From: an uncultured Candidatus Saccharibacteria bacterium
GTDB taxonomy: Bacteria; Patescibacteriota; Saccharimonadia; CAILAD01; JADZBC01
Direction: 5' to 3'
DNA length: 64,000 nucleotides
Assembly: GCA_964600985.1 (NCBI GenBank)
Contig: CAZRJR010000002.1
Coordinates: 104,867-168,866 of the forward strand
The position numbers and the translations under genes are program-made. Position 1 is the stretch's first letter, and every line of letters begins with the position of its first letter. Shown here piece by piece: positions 1 through 7,916 of the stretch. The notes under the pieces are model-generated. The model worked only from the letters and a program-made list of their open reading frames with translations, had not been told where the DNA came from and did no database searches.

Positions 1-1
1 C

Positions 2-637
2 ATTGCCAGTATGATAGCGACCAAGCAACGACACGCCAAAACTTGTGTGGTATATATAGATGCCCACCCGGATTGCTCTAACCCCAAACAGACACTCAGC
101 GGCAACATTCATGGCATGCCTCTGTCGACCGCACTGGGCGACGCGCTTTACAGTAAATTTACCGGAGGAGCATGGGCTTCGCGGCACTATGCTTACGACG
201 AGGTAATGATCATAGGCGCCAAGGATATTGACGCTCATGAGGCTGAGTACATGGCCGAGCACAATATAACGTGCATAACTATGGATACAGTAATCGAACA
301 GGGCATAGCGGCAATTTATGACCGTGTTCATGATTGGCTGGCAGGTCGGCCACTCCACGTGGCGCTCGACATTGATGCCATTGACGGCAGCGAGGCACCT
401 GGTACGGGAATTATTAATCGCGGTGGGCTAACCTACCGAGAGGTTAGTTATTTATGTAGGCACTTGGCTCATGAGTCAGTAGTGGCGCTTGATTTGGTCG
501 AGGTGAATCCAACACGCGACCAAGGGCTTAAAACGGTTCGTCTGGGTACTGAGTTGGTGCTTAGTTTGCTCGGAGGCGAGTGGTCGGCTTACACGGGTTA
601 CTTGCAGGATGGTGGAAGCGGTGAGAGGGAGAAATAA
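2..637 (+). CDS. Arginase/agmatinase-family ureohydrolase, 5'-truncated by the window edge
   Basis: The in-frame ORF runs to the window start. It has ureohydrolase metal-binding motifs DAHPD, DIDAIDG and SEAPGTG plus a C-terminal LDLVEVNP. Confidence 0.7.
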   Translation: MASMIATKQRHAKTCVVYIDAHPDCSNPKQTLSGNIHGMPLSTALGDALYSKFTGGAWASRHYAYDEVMIIGAKDIDAHEAEYMAEHNITCITMDTVIEQGIAAIYDRVHDWLAGRPLHVALDIDAIDGSEAPGTGIINRGGLTYREVSYLCRHLAHESVVALDLVEVNPTRDQGLKTVRLGTELVLSLLGGEWSAYTGYLQDGGSGEREK

Positions 638-681
638 AGTTTTGTGTAGCATAAGGAGTATTGGTATACTAGCTAGTAAGA

Positions 682-1785
682 GTGAACATGAATCCACAAG
701 ACCCTAGTAATCCTAACCTCAATCCCGCTCCAGCTCAGCCGCCACCCGCTGTAGCACCAGTGCAGCCTAGTGCTCCACCAGCCCCGGCAATGCCACCAGT
801 TACGCCTCCGCCTGTTGCACCGGCACCTTCGACAGCTGCACCTGCCGCTCCTGCGCCGGTTCCAACTCCGCCTCCACCAATGGCTACACCAGCTTCAGTC
901 GATGTAGCTACCGCAGAACCTGCCCCTATTCGGCCTGTAGAAATACCACCCACAGCTGAGCCAGCGCAACAACAATTACCGCCCACGCCACCTGGCTCAG
1001 CCCCACCAGCTGCTGAAATGCAAGTTCCACCACACCTTAATGGTGGCGTACCAGATCCAAGCTTAGCACCGATCCCCAACGAAGCACCCGAGAAAAAGCC
1101 GCGTTCTAAAAAGCCCTTTATTGTCATGGCGATAATTATTGCCGTATTGGCTATAGCCGGCGGAGTATGGGCGCTTCTGGGCATGCCCGGGTTGCCTAAG
1201 AATGACACGACTTCTAATGAGAATTCGGCCATGGTGGGGGATGCTGCCAATAGTTCTTCGTCAACAACTGATCCTAATGACCCCACGGCAACCGGCGATG
1301 GCTCCGAGGTATCAGGTGGGCAAACTACGGCTACTGGTCCTACCACGGTAGTGGGTGGAGTAAGTTACGCGACTGTTTTTAAATCGTGCTACAGTTTTCA
1401 ATTGCCCGCGCCAAACAATATTCCCACGGACACCCTATGTAGTATTAATGCGAACTATGGCACAGGATTAACGCGTCGGATTATCATTGCTCCAAATACC
1501 ACAAATTGGTCATCGATCGAAGCGGCTTTGGCCGAGGTAAAGAGTGCGTATAAACTGATTTCTCCTGTGGATCGCAAGATCAAGCTCGCTGGTAGTGACG
1601 CTTACGAAACCACCTACACTACGAGTAGCGGCCAAAAGGCAGTCAAGATAATCGTGAGCGCTGTGGGCAAGGGCTACAAGCTCGCTGGTGCGGCTATAAC
1701 TGGGTTTGAAATAAACCTACCTGCCAATACCGAGGCCGAAAAGGCCGCGGTAGTCCAGCTCGAAAAAAGTTGGGCCTGGAAATAA
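682..1785 (+). CDS. Membrane-anchored protein: Pro/Ala-rich N-terminal region, one TM helix, Ser/Thr linker and a roughly 150-aa C-terminal domain
   Basis: About 145 aa of low-complexity P/A-rich sequence is followed by KKPRSKKP and the TM FIVMAIIIAVLAIAGGVWALL. The C-terminal domain contains CYSF..LP..TDTLCSINA and ends LEKSWAWK. It is a paralog of the next gene. Confidence 0.6.
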   Translation: MNMNPQDPSNPNLNPAPAQPPPAVAPVQPSAPPAPAMPPVTPPPVAPAPSTAAPAAPAPVPTPPPPMATPASVDVATAEPAPIRPVEIPPTAEPAQQQLPPTPPGSAPPAAEMQVPPHLNGGVPDPSLAPIPNEAPEKKPRSKKPFIVMAIIIAVLAIAGGVWALLGMPGLPKNDTTSNENSAMVGDAANSSSSTTDPNDPTATGDGSEVSGGQTTATGPTTVVGGVSYATVFKSCYSFQLPAPNNIPTDTLCSINANYGTGLTRRIIIAPNTTNWSSIEAALAEVKSAYKLISPVDRKIKLAGSDAYETTYTTSSGQKAVKIIVSAVGKGYKLAGAAITGFEINLPANTEAEKAAVVQLEKSWAWK

Positions 1786-1870
1786 CTAGGCCTGAAGCTT
1801 CCAACTGAGCATAAGTCTTTTGTGCTGCATGGGTAAAATTGCTATACTTAGGCGTATATACTAGGTATTT

Positions 1871-3469
1871 ATGCCCCCACAAGACCAGCCCTTAGGACCC
1901 AGTGCAGCACCACCGCCCGCCAATACGTCGGCGGTTGATTTGAGTGCGCAGATTCCGCCTAGTTATGCGCCGCCACTAGCTGGCAGTGCGCCGGTTGCAG
2001 CACCTGGCACCATGTCACCACCACCATCCGCACCGAGCACAAGCACGGTCCTGCAAGACGCCCTAAATGCCCAGTTAACTCCACCAGCTACTCCGATAGC
2101 CCATGCGCCCACTCCAGCCTCACCGTCGGCTGCCACTCCAACTCCCGGGTCGGCTTTGGATGCGCACCTAGAGGCCGATGAACCTGACCCGTTAGCTGGA
2201 TTTACTGATCCTGCTCTGCGAGCAGCAACTACCGAGGCACACGGTGGTGATGAGCCACTTATGCCTCAGCCAACCAGTTTGTTGGCACCCGGAGGCGGTA
2301 GTGGGAGCCTACCGGTTGCGCCTGTTAGCGCGCCTGCCGTTACATCAATTACGCCCCCTCCGCCAGTTGACACGAATCCAGCTTTGACCAATCCAGTGGT
2401 TGCTCCTATGCCAACTGCCGATGTCCAGCCGCTGCCACCAACGCCGGCAGCGGCAGAATCCTACGCCGCTACGCAAGGCGTAGCGGCGGCTCCACTCGCT
2501 AGCTCTCTTCCAAGTGCGCCCGAGCCAATGCCACCCAACCCTCTTGAACAAGACCCAGTTGCTGCTCCACCCGCCCCTGGTCCTACACCGACGCCAGTTG
2601 AGCCCGACTTGCCCCCAGTACCAGTATCTACACCTCCGCCGTCCGACGACCAGCCCTTAGGAATCGATTTGGTAACCGGTGTGCCAGTTGATCGCTTACC
2701 GAAGTTGCAGCCTCAATCTGCGCCTGTCGAAACTGGTGCTCAACCACTCCAAAACATGCTGGAGGATCCGCAGCTTGCTAGTCTTGACTCGCTCGACCCT
2801 TATTCCGATCCGCTCCTTATGGCATCGGAGGGCGCCACGGCGGGTGAAGAGAGTGGAGGCAATAGTATTTTGTTCTCGGTGGCTGTTGGTGCCGCGGTAT
2901 TGGTGTTTGGAATTATCGTACTAGCTTTAGTATTGGGTAAAAAGACCACCACTGTGGTAAATACTGACGATTTATCTGGAGGAGCTACTCAGAGTTCAAT
3001 TAAGCCGACTATTTCCGTGCCCGACGGATACGTAGCGATTGCTAAGGAATGCTATGAATTCGGCATACCAACCGACAACACCGTGTCCACGAGCGACACC
3101 AGTTGTAGTATCGATGCTTCGTTTGGGGCGCAAGAGGTTAGTACGATCGCGGTTGTACCAAGTATTGAGTCTAGCGATAATCTTGATAGTGCGGTGGATG
3201 CGGCCAAGCAAACGGCGGGCATTAGCGCGAGTAGTATAACTGGTACGCGCGATATTAAGCTTGGCGAGGAAGATGCCAAGGAGATCGTGTATAACGGTGG
3301 CACGAAGGAAAAACCAGATACCAAAACCCTCATTGTGGTTCTAGCTAAGGATGATAAGCATAAGCAAGGCGAGGACGTAATTACTGCCTATGCCATAACG
3401 ATGTCGAGTGGAGATACCTTTACCCAAGATGCAGTTAAGACGCTTGAAGCTAGCTGGAAGTGGCGTTAA
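1871..3469 (+). CDS. Paralogous membrane-anchored protein with a longer Pro/Ala-rich region
   Basis: It has the same architecture as the previous gene. The TM is ILFSVAVGAAVLVFGIIVLALVL. The C-terminal domain carries CYEFGIP..TSDTSCSIDA and ends LEASWKWR, matching CYSF..CSINA..LEKSWAWK in the upstream gene. Confidence 0.6.
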   Translation: MPPQDQPLGPSAAPPPANTSAVDLSAQIPPSYAPPLAGSAPVAAPGTMSPPPSAPSTSTVLQDALNAQLTPPATPIAHAPTPASPSAATPTPGSALDAHLEADEPDPLAGFTDPALRAATTEAHGGDEPLMPQPTSLLAPGGGSGSLPVAPVSAPAVTSITPPPPVDTNPALTNPVVAPMPTADVQPLPPTPAAAESYAATQGVAAAPLASSLPSAPEPMPPNPLEQDPVAAPPAPGPTPTPVEPDLPPVPVSTPPPSDDQPLGIDLVTGVPVDRLPKLQPQSAPVETGAQPLQNMLEDPQLASLDSLDPYSDPLLMASEGATAGEESGGNSILFSVAVGAAVLVFGIIVLALVLGKKTTTVVNTDDLSGGATQSSIKPTISVPDGYVAIAKECYEFGIPTDNTVSTSDTSCSIDASFGAQEVSTIAVVPSIESSDNLDSAVDAAKQTAGISASSITGTRDIKLGEEDAKEIVYNGGTKEKPDTKTLIVVLAKDDKHKQGEDVITAYAITMSSGDTFTQDAVKTLEASWKWR

Positions 3470-3498
3470 AGGGCTAAATCGAGTAACATAGGTACTCG

Positions 3499-4059
3499 AT
3501 GCTAGAGCGAGCAAACATACAGCGCGTAATTATAGTACATGGCTGGGCTGATGATCCTACTCAGGGCTGGATGGGTTGGCTTACGCGCGAATTACGTGCC
3601 CAGGGCATAGAAGTAGTTGCTCCTGCTATGCCCGAGCCTAAAAAGCCAAACATAGAGGATTGGTTAGCGGAATTGGAGCGTGTGGCTGGTAGGCTCGATG
3701 CGCAAACAGCGTTGGTAGGCCATAGTTTGGGGGCCTATGTAGTGCTCCGTTACATGAGTAAATATGTGCTGGGTGAAAGCTTGGGCAAACTTATATTGGT
3801 AGCTGGCTTTGCTGGTCACGAGCGGGCCGAGCAGGGCAAGCGTGCTTTGCCAGAGGTAGACTTTGGTGCCATCAAAGCTAAAGTAGGGCGTATATATAGC
3901 GTGTATTCGGACAACGATGAAATTATTCCACCAGCCTGGTCGCGTGAGCTGGGTACGCTCCTTGGGGCGGAGAATGTGGTGGATCCAGGTAAAGGTCACT
4001 TTGCCGGTTTGCATGGCTGTGACACTCTGCCAAGCGTATTTGACCTTATTGTGGCTTGA
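3499..4059 (+). CDS. Alpha/beta serine hydrolase of the YdeN/RBBP9-like family
   Basis: It has an IIVHGW N-terminus, a GHSLG nucleophile elbow and a size of about 186 aa. Confidence 0.6.
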   Translation: MLERANIQRVIIVHGWADDPTQGWMGWLTRELRAQGIEVVAPAMPEPKKPNIEDWLAELERVAGRLDAQTALVGHSLGAYVVLRYMSKYVLGESLGKLILVAGFAGHERAEQGKRALPEVDFGAIKAKVGRIYSVYSDNDEIIPPAWSRELGTLLGAENVVDPGKGHFAGLHGCDTLPSVFDLIVA

Positions 4060-4134
4060 TTTGCAGCTCGCATAGGTGTAGAATTTCGGTACCCCACTCC
4101 GAATGGCGGAGTGACTGGATAGTTAGGGGCAGCC

Positions 4135-4476
4135 TTGCGCGCTTGTGCCAAGGTACCAGACAAGGCGATAACCAAGGTTCTGAGGAGGATGCTCAAAGAG
4201 CAAACGGGGTGCAAGAATCAGGAGGTGATCAGGATTGCAGCCTTCAAGCTCCAGCCGTTGGCTCGGCTGGCACTTGAGCATGACAGTTCGGGCCAGCCGT
4301 TGCCAGCCGTGCTCAGCAAGGCAGTTTCCACGACGGCGTTGAACAACGCGATTACGTTGGCCGGGAGGCAGCGTAACAAGTCGAAGAGTGCTCGACGGCG
4401 CAACAGGATGAACCGTCGAGCGAATCGTCAGCAGAACGCGCTCTTGAGGAATCAGAAGCGTTCGCTCGCCTGTTGA
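4135..4476 (+). CDS. Uncertain: either a small, very basic protein or non-coding sequence in a high-GC patch
   Basis: The 113-aa ORF has an Arg-rich tail (SARRRNRMNRRANRQQN). ORFs in other frames on both strands overlap it. A strong terminator follows on the + strand. I found no homology signal. Confidence 0.2.
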   Translation: MRACAKVPDKAITKVLRRMLKEQTGCKNQEVIRIAAFKLQPLARLALEHDSSGQPLPAVLSKAVSTTALNNAITLAGRQRNKSKSARRRNRMNRRANRQQNALLRNQKRSLAC

Positions 4477-4508
4477 GGCTGGCACAACCCCGTACCCAGT
4501 GAGGTTGG

Positions 4509-4556
4509 GCCCGGACGAAGCAGTGTTGCTTCGTCCGGGCCCTTGGTCGTTTATTC
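4509..4556 (+). terminator. Strong hairpin (16-bp perfect stem, GTGT loop) followed by T-rich sequence
   Basis: The stem is GGGCCCGGACGAAGCA GTGT TGCTTCGTCCGGGCCC and it is followed by TTGGTCGTTTATTCAT. Confidence 0.55.
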
Positions 4557-4585
4557 ATACTTTGTTCTTGTTCTAAGGAGTGGCG

Positions 4586-4591
4586 TATAAT
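4586..4591 (+). promoter_or_regulatory. -10 hexamer TATAAT 6 nt upstream of the dnaG ATG (leaderless arrangement)
   Basis: The sequence is TATAAT-acttgt-ATG(4598). The AAGGAG at 4575 is 17 nt from that ATG, too far to act as an SD. Confidence 0.45.
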
Positions 4592-4597
4592 ACTTGT

Positions 4598-6352
4598 ATG
4601 GACGAAGTGGCAGAGATCAAGCAGAAGTTGGATATTGTAGACGTGATTGGCGGTTACATACAGCTCAAACCAGCCGGCCGCAACCTAAAGGCGCTTTCGC
4701 CATTCCACGCCGAAAAAACCCCGAGCTTCATGGTGAGCCCCGACAAGGGAATATGGCATGACTTCTCGACCGATGAAGGTGGCGATATATTTACCTTCGT
4801 GATGCGTATAGAGGGTGTGAGCTTTCCCGAAGCACTCGAGATACTAGCTAAGCGCGCCGGAGTAACACTTAAACCGCGCGGCAAGGCCAGCCACGGCCCA
4901 GCTAAAGGTAAGCTATTCGAGATTATGGAGTTGGCGGTAAAGTACTATCATGTATCTCTATCGCGCAACCCCGAGGCGCTGAATTATTTGCGTGAAGCTC
5001 GGGGCTTAAGCGCACAGACAATCAAAGACTTTAGCCTCGGCTATGCGCCACAAAGCTGGGATGCGCTCACGGGGTTCTTGCGTAAAAAGAACTTTAGTTA
5101 TGAGCAGATGGTGCAAGCAGGCGTGGCTGCACAAAAGCAAGCTAGTAGGAGCGCTTACGACCTTTTTCGGGCGCGTGTGTTGTTTCCAATATATGACAAT
5201 CAAGCCCGCCCAGTCGGCTTTAGTGGCCGGGTACTACCGGGCGACGAGTCGGGTGCTAAATACATAAACACTCCTCAGACAGCCATTTACAATAAGAGCA
5301 CAGCGATTTATGGTCTCACGCAGGCGAAAGAGGCTATTCGCGAGCACGACGAAGTGGTGATTGTGGAAGGGAATATGGATGTGGTGGCGCTGCACAACGC
5401 TGGGTTTGCGCAAGTAGTGGCTTGTAGTGGCACAGCGCTTACTAGTGAACAGCTAAAAGTGTTGTCTCGCCTAACTAAGAATATTAAAATCTGCTTTGAT
5501 CAGGACGCCGCGGGAGTAAAAGCCGCTCAGCGTGCAATCGAGTTGGCCCAGGGAATCGATATTAAGCTTGAGGTGGTTACGTTCGAGGGTGCTAAAGACC
5601 CTGATGAGCTTATTAGTAAAGACAAGGCTGCGTGGCTGAGTGCCGTGTCGGGCGCGTGCTACGCAGTAGACTACTTGTTTGACTATGCCAAAGCGAGCTT
5701 TGGTACAGCGTCGGCTAGCGCCAAGAAAGACATGAGTAGCTTTTTAATGCCAACCCTGCGTAAGCTCGAAGATACAGTGGAGCAAGACCACTATATAAAG
5801 CGTTTAAGCGAAGAGCTAGGTGTGAGCGAAGATTCGGTGCGACGTAAGGTGAATAGTGAGGATGCGCCCGCACCGGAACCTAGGCCAACTCAGTCAGAGC
5901 AAGCAGAGGCGTCAAATCAGCACCCCGCTCGACAGCTAACCAAAATTGAACAGGCCGAGCAGAACCTACTTAAGCTCATGTTGGCTTACCCGCAGGCTCG
6001 CGTGGCTTTGGGTGATGTAGTATTGGAATCAGTTAGTACAGAACACCGGCCATACTTTGCAGCCTTGAAGACTCACCCTAATTCAAAGCTAGAAACTATT
6101 GCAAAACACTTGCATGCTCATGAAAATGATGTTAAAATTCTTGCGTTAAAGGGTGAAGAAGAATACTCCGGACTGACGGAGCACGACATTGGGCTCGAAG
6201 CCTACACCCAAGTGCATAGATTGCAAAAACTAAATCGAGAATTGAATAAGCGACGGTTAGCAAAGCAGATTGCCGAGGCTGAAGCCGCTGGAGACCGAGA
6301 GGGCGTTAAAAGCCTTTTGGCAGATTATCAGGCACTACTAAACGAGGAGTAA
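4598..6352 (+). CDS. dnaG: DNA primase
   Basis: It has the CHC2 zinc finger (CPFHAEKTPSF), the Toprim motif EGNMDVVAL and a C-terminal helicase-interaction domain. An alternative GTG start lies at 4580. Confidence 0.92.
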   Translation: MDEVAEIKQKLDIVDVIGGYIQLKPAGRNLKALSPFHAEKTPSFMVSPDKGIWHDFSTDEGGDIFTFVMRIEGVSFPEALEILAKRAGVTLKPRGKASHGPAKGKLFEIMELAVKYYHVSLSRNPEALNYLREARGLSAQTIKDFSLGYAPQSWDALTGFLRKKNFSYEQMVQAGVAAQKQASRSAYDLFRARVLFPIYDNQARPVGFSGRVLPGDESGAKYINTPQTAIYNKSTAIYGLTQAKEAIREHDEVVIVEGNMDVVALHNAGFAQVVACSGTALTSEQLKVLSRLTKNIKICFDQDAAGVKAAQRAIELAQGIDIKLEVVTFEGAKDPDELISKDKAAWLSAVSGACYAVDYLFDYAKASFGTASASAKKDMSSFLMPTLRKLEDTVEQDHYIKRLSEELGVSEDSVRRKVNSEDAPAPEPRPTQSEQAEASNQHPARQLTKIEQAEQNLLKLMLAYPQARVALGDVVLESVSTEHRPYFAALKTHPNSKLETIAKHLHAHENDVKILALKGEEEYSGLTEHDIGLEAYTQVHRLQKLNRELNKRRLAKQIAEAEAAGDREGVKSLLADYQALLNEE

Positions 6353-6358
6353 TACTTT

Positions 6359-7480
6359 ATGGCAAAAAAGGCTTTGCCTGTGGCTGCGGCTGGTCCAAAG
6401 GACGATAAGCAAGAGCAGACACCCGAGATAGAACGATTATTGGCCAAGGGCCGTGAACAAGGATTTGTAACCCAACAGGAAGTGCTAGCAGCAGTTCCTG
6501 AAGCAGAAGAAAACGTAGAGGCGCTTGACGATTTATACTCTACGCTCATGGAACAGGGAATCGATGTAACCGACCAGAAGGATAAATTGATCTGGGAAAC
6601 TGAGCCGGAAGAAGACATAGAAAATGCTGTAAACGATGCAACACTCAAAGACATTGCCGACGACTCAGTTCGCTTGTATTTGCGCGAAATTGGTAAGATT
6701 CCACTTATAACCGGCGCCGACGAAGTGGCTCTGGCCAAGCGAATAGAGAAGGGCGACAAGGCTGCTAAAGACGCATTGGCGGAAGCCAATATGCGTTTGG
6801 TGGTGAGTATTGCCAAAAAGTACATTGGCCGTGGACTCGACTTGCTTGACTTGATTCAAGAAGGTAACACTGGGCTTTTGCGCGCGGTTGAGAAGTTTGA
6901 TTACACTAAGGGCTTTAAGTTCAGTACCTATGCCACATGGTGGATCCGCCAGGCAATTACCCGTGCTATAGCCGATCAGGCTCGCGTAATTCGAATTCCG
7001 GTACACATGGTGGAAACTATTAACAAGCTTGTGCGCACGCAGCGTCGACTTACTATGGAGCTTGGCCGCGAACCACTCCCCGAGGAGCTGGCTAAAGAGC
7101 TCGAGATTGATGTAGACAAGGTAAATCACATTATTAAAATCTCGCAGGATACTACCAGTCTAGACGCTACTGTGGGCGAGGACGAAGACTCAAGCCTAGG
7201 TGACTTCATAGAAGACGAGAACAATGTGAGCCCAGAAGAGGCCGCAACTTACGAGTTGCTTAAGGAGCACATAGACGAAACCCTTTCACTCCTAACGCCC
7301 CGTGAGCAAAAGATTTTGCGTATGCGCTTTGGGCTTGAGACCGGCCGAGGTCACACGCTCGAAGAAGTCGGACAGGAGTTTGGTGTAACTCGTGAACGTA
7401 TTCGCCAGATCGAAGCTAAGGCTTTGGCAAAACTGCGTAAGCATAAAGACGCCAAGAAGCTCCGCGACTATTTAGGGTAG
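6359..7480 (+). CDS. rpoD: RNA polymerase primary sigma factor (sigma-70 family)
   Basis: Region 2 reads [56 protein letters not shown]. Regions 3 and 4 are present. It follows dnaG in the classic operon order. Confidence 0.93.
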   Translation: MAKKALPVAAAGPKDDKQEQTPEIERLLAKGREQGFVTQQEVLAAVPEAEENVEALDDLYSTLMEQGIDVTDQKDKLIWETEPEEDIENAVNDATLKDIADDSVRLYLREIGKIPLITGADEVALAKRIEKGDKAAKDALAEANMRLVVSIAKKYIGRGLDLLDLIQEGNTGLLRAVEKFDYTKGFKFSTYATWWIRQAITRAIADQARVIRIPVHMVETINKLVRTQRRLTMELGREPLPEELAKELEIDVDKVNHIIKISQDTTSLDATVGEDEDSSLGDFIEDENNVSPEEAATYELLKEHIDETLSLLTPREQKILRMRFGLETGRGHTLEEVGQEFGVTRERIRQIEAKALAKLRKHKDAKKLRDYLG

Positions 7481-7498
7481 AGTTGTAGTCGTTTCAAG

Positions 7499-7535
7499 CA
7501 CTAAAAGAGCCTAATTATTGGGCTCTTTTAGATTT
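7499..7535. terminator. Bidirectional intrinsic terminator between the convergent rpoD and the minus-strand hypothetical gene
   Basis: AAAAGAGCC taattattg GGCTCTTTT carries A/T tracts on both sides. Confidence 0.6.
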
Positions 7536-7871
7536 CCAGTCAGGATTGAGCTCCCCAAGCTCATCAAAGTCGCCCTCATTTGGTATTGGCTGAGACTGGC
7601 GGCTCTGTATCATAGTACTGCTGTCTGGCCGATCTATGGATGATAGTTTTGCTCTTGCTGCTTCAAGCCCCTCTTTGCCCATTGCAGCTGCTCTTTCGGC
7701 GTCTGTTACTCTCCATTCCGGCTGGCTAGTCGGACCTGGAACGACGTTAAGGTGCCTGCGCCTTTTACCTTTTTCTATAGCCTCAACATAGGCTTCTTCG
7801 TCTAAGTGGGGATCGCGTGGTCGCGGAACTTCGCCTGTTGGCTCGGATGGAAAAAGCTCAGGGTTACTCAT
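7515..7871 (-). CDS. Hypothetical protein
   Basis: The ORF extends to 7979, where it would overlap the polA start. An internal ATG at 7871 (MSNPELF...) is preceded by TTTAAT-N6 on the minus strand and is the probable start. No known motifs were recognised. Confidence 0.4.
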   Translation of the reverse strand: MSNPELFPSEPTGEVPRPRDPHLDEEAYVEAIEKGKRRRHLNVVPGPTSQPEWRVTDAERAAAMGKEGLEAARAKLSSIDRPDSSTMIQSRQSQPIPNEGDFDELGELNPDWKSKRAQ

Positions 7872-7904
7872 ACCCACATTAAAGCACATTGCGCGCGGAT
7901 AAGC

Positions 7905-7910
7905 TATAAT
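7905..7910 (+). promoter_or_regulatory. -10 hexamer TATAAT 6 nt upstream of the polA ATG (leaderless arrangement)
   Basis: The sequence is TATAAT-atcctt-ATG(7917). A divergent TTTAAT-N6-ATG for the minus gene sits at 7883..7871. Confidence 0.45.
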
Positions 7911-7916
7911 ATCCTT

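Noticed and set aside
735-1346. 203-aa Gly/Ala-rich ORF on the minus strand
   Set aside because: It is the antisense of the Pro/Ala-rich low-complexity region (CCN codons read as GGN on the opposite strand), so it is a compositional artefact.
4060-4560. RNase P RNA, tmRNA or SRP RNA in the pre-dnaG high-GC segment
   Set aside because: I searched both strands by eye for the conserved cores (AGGAAAGUCCGGGCUCC / ACAGAANCCGGCUUA, tmRNA GGGG...UUCGAnUCC...CCACCA, SRP GGAAGGAAGCAGC) and found none. The segment is left unassigned.
7806-7916. N-terminal extension of polA (MGIAWSRNF...)
   Set aside because: The extension has no homology to Pol I. The conserved N-terminus begins at MSQRKKLVLFDG (7917), which sits TATAAT-N6 downstream of the hexamer.
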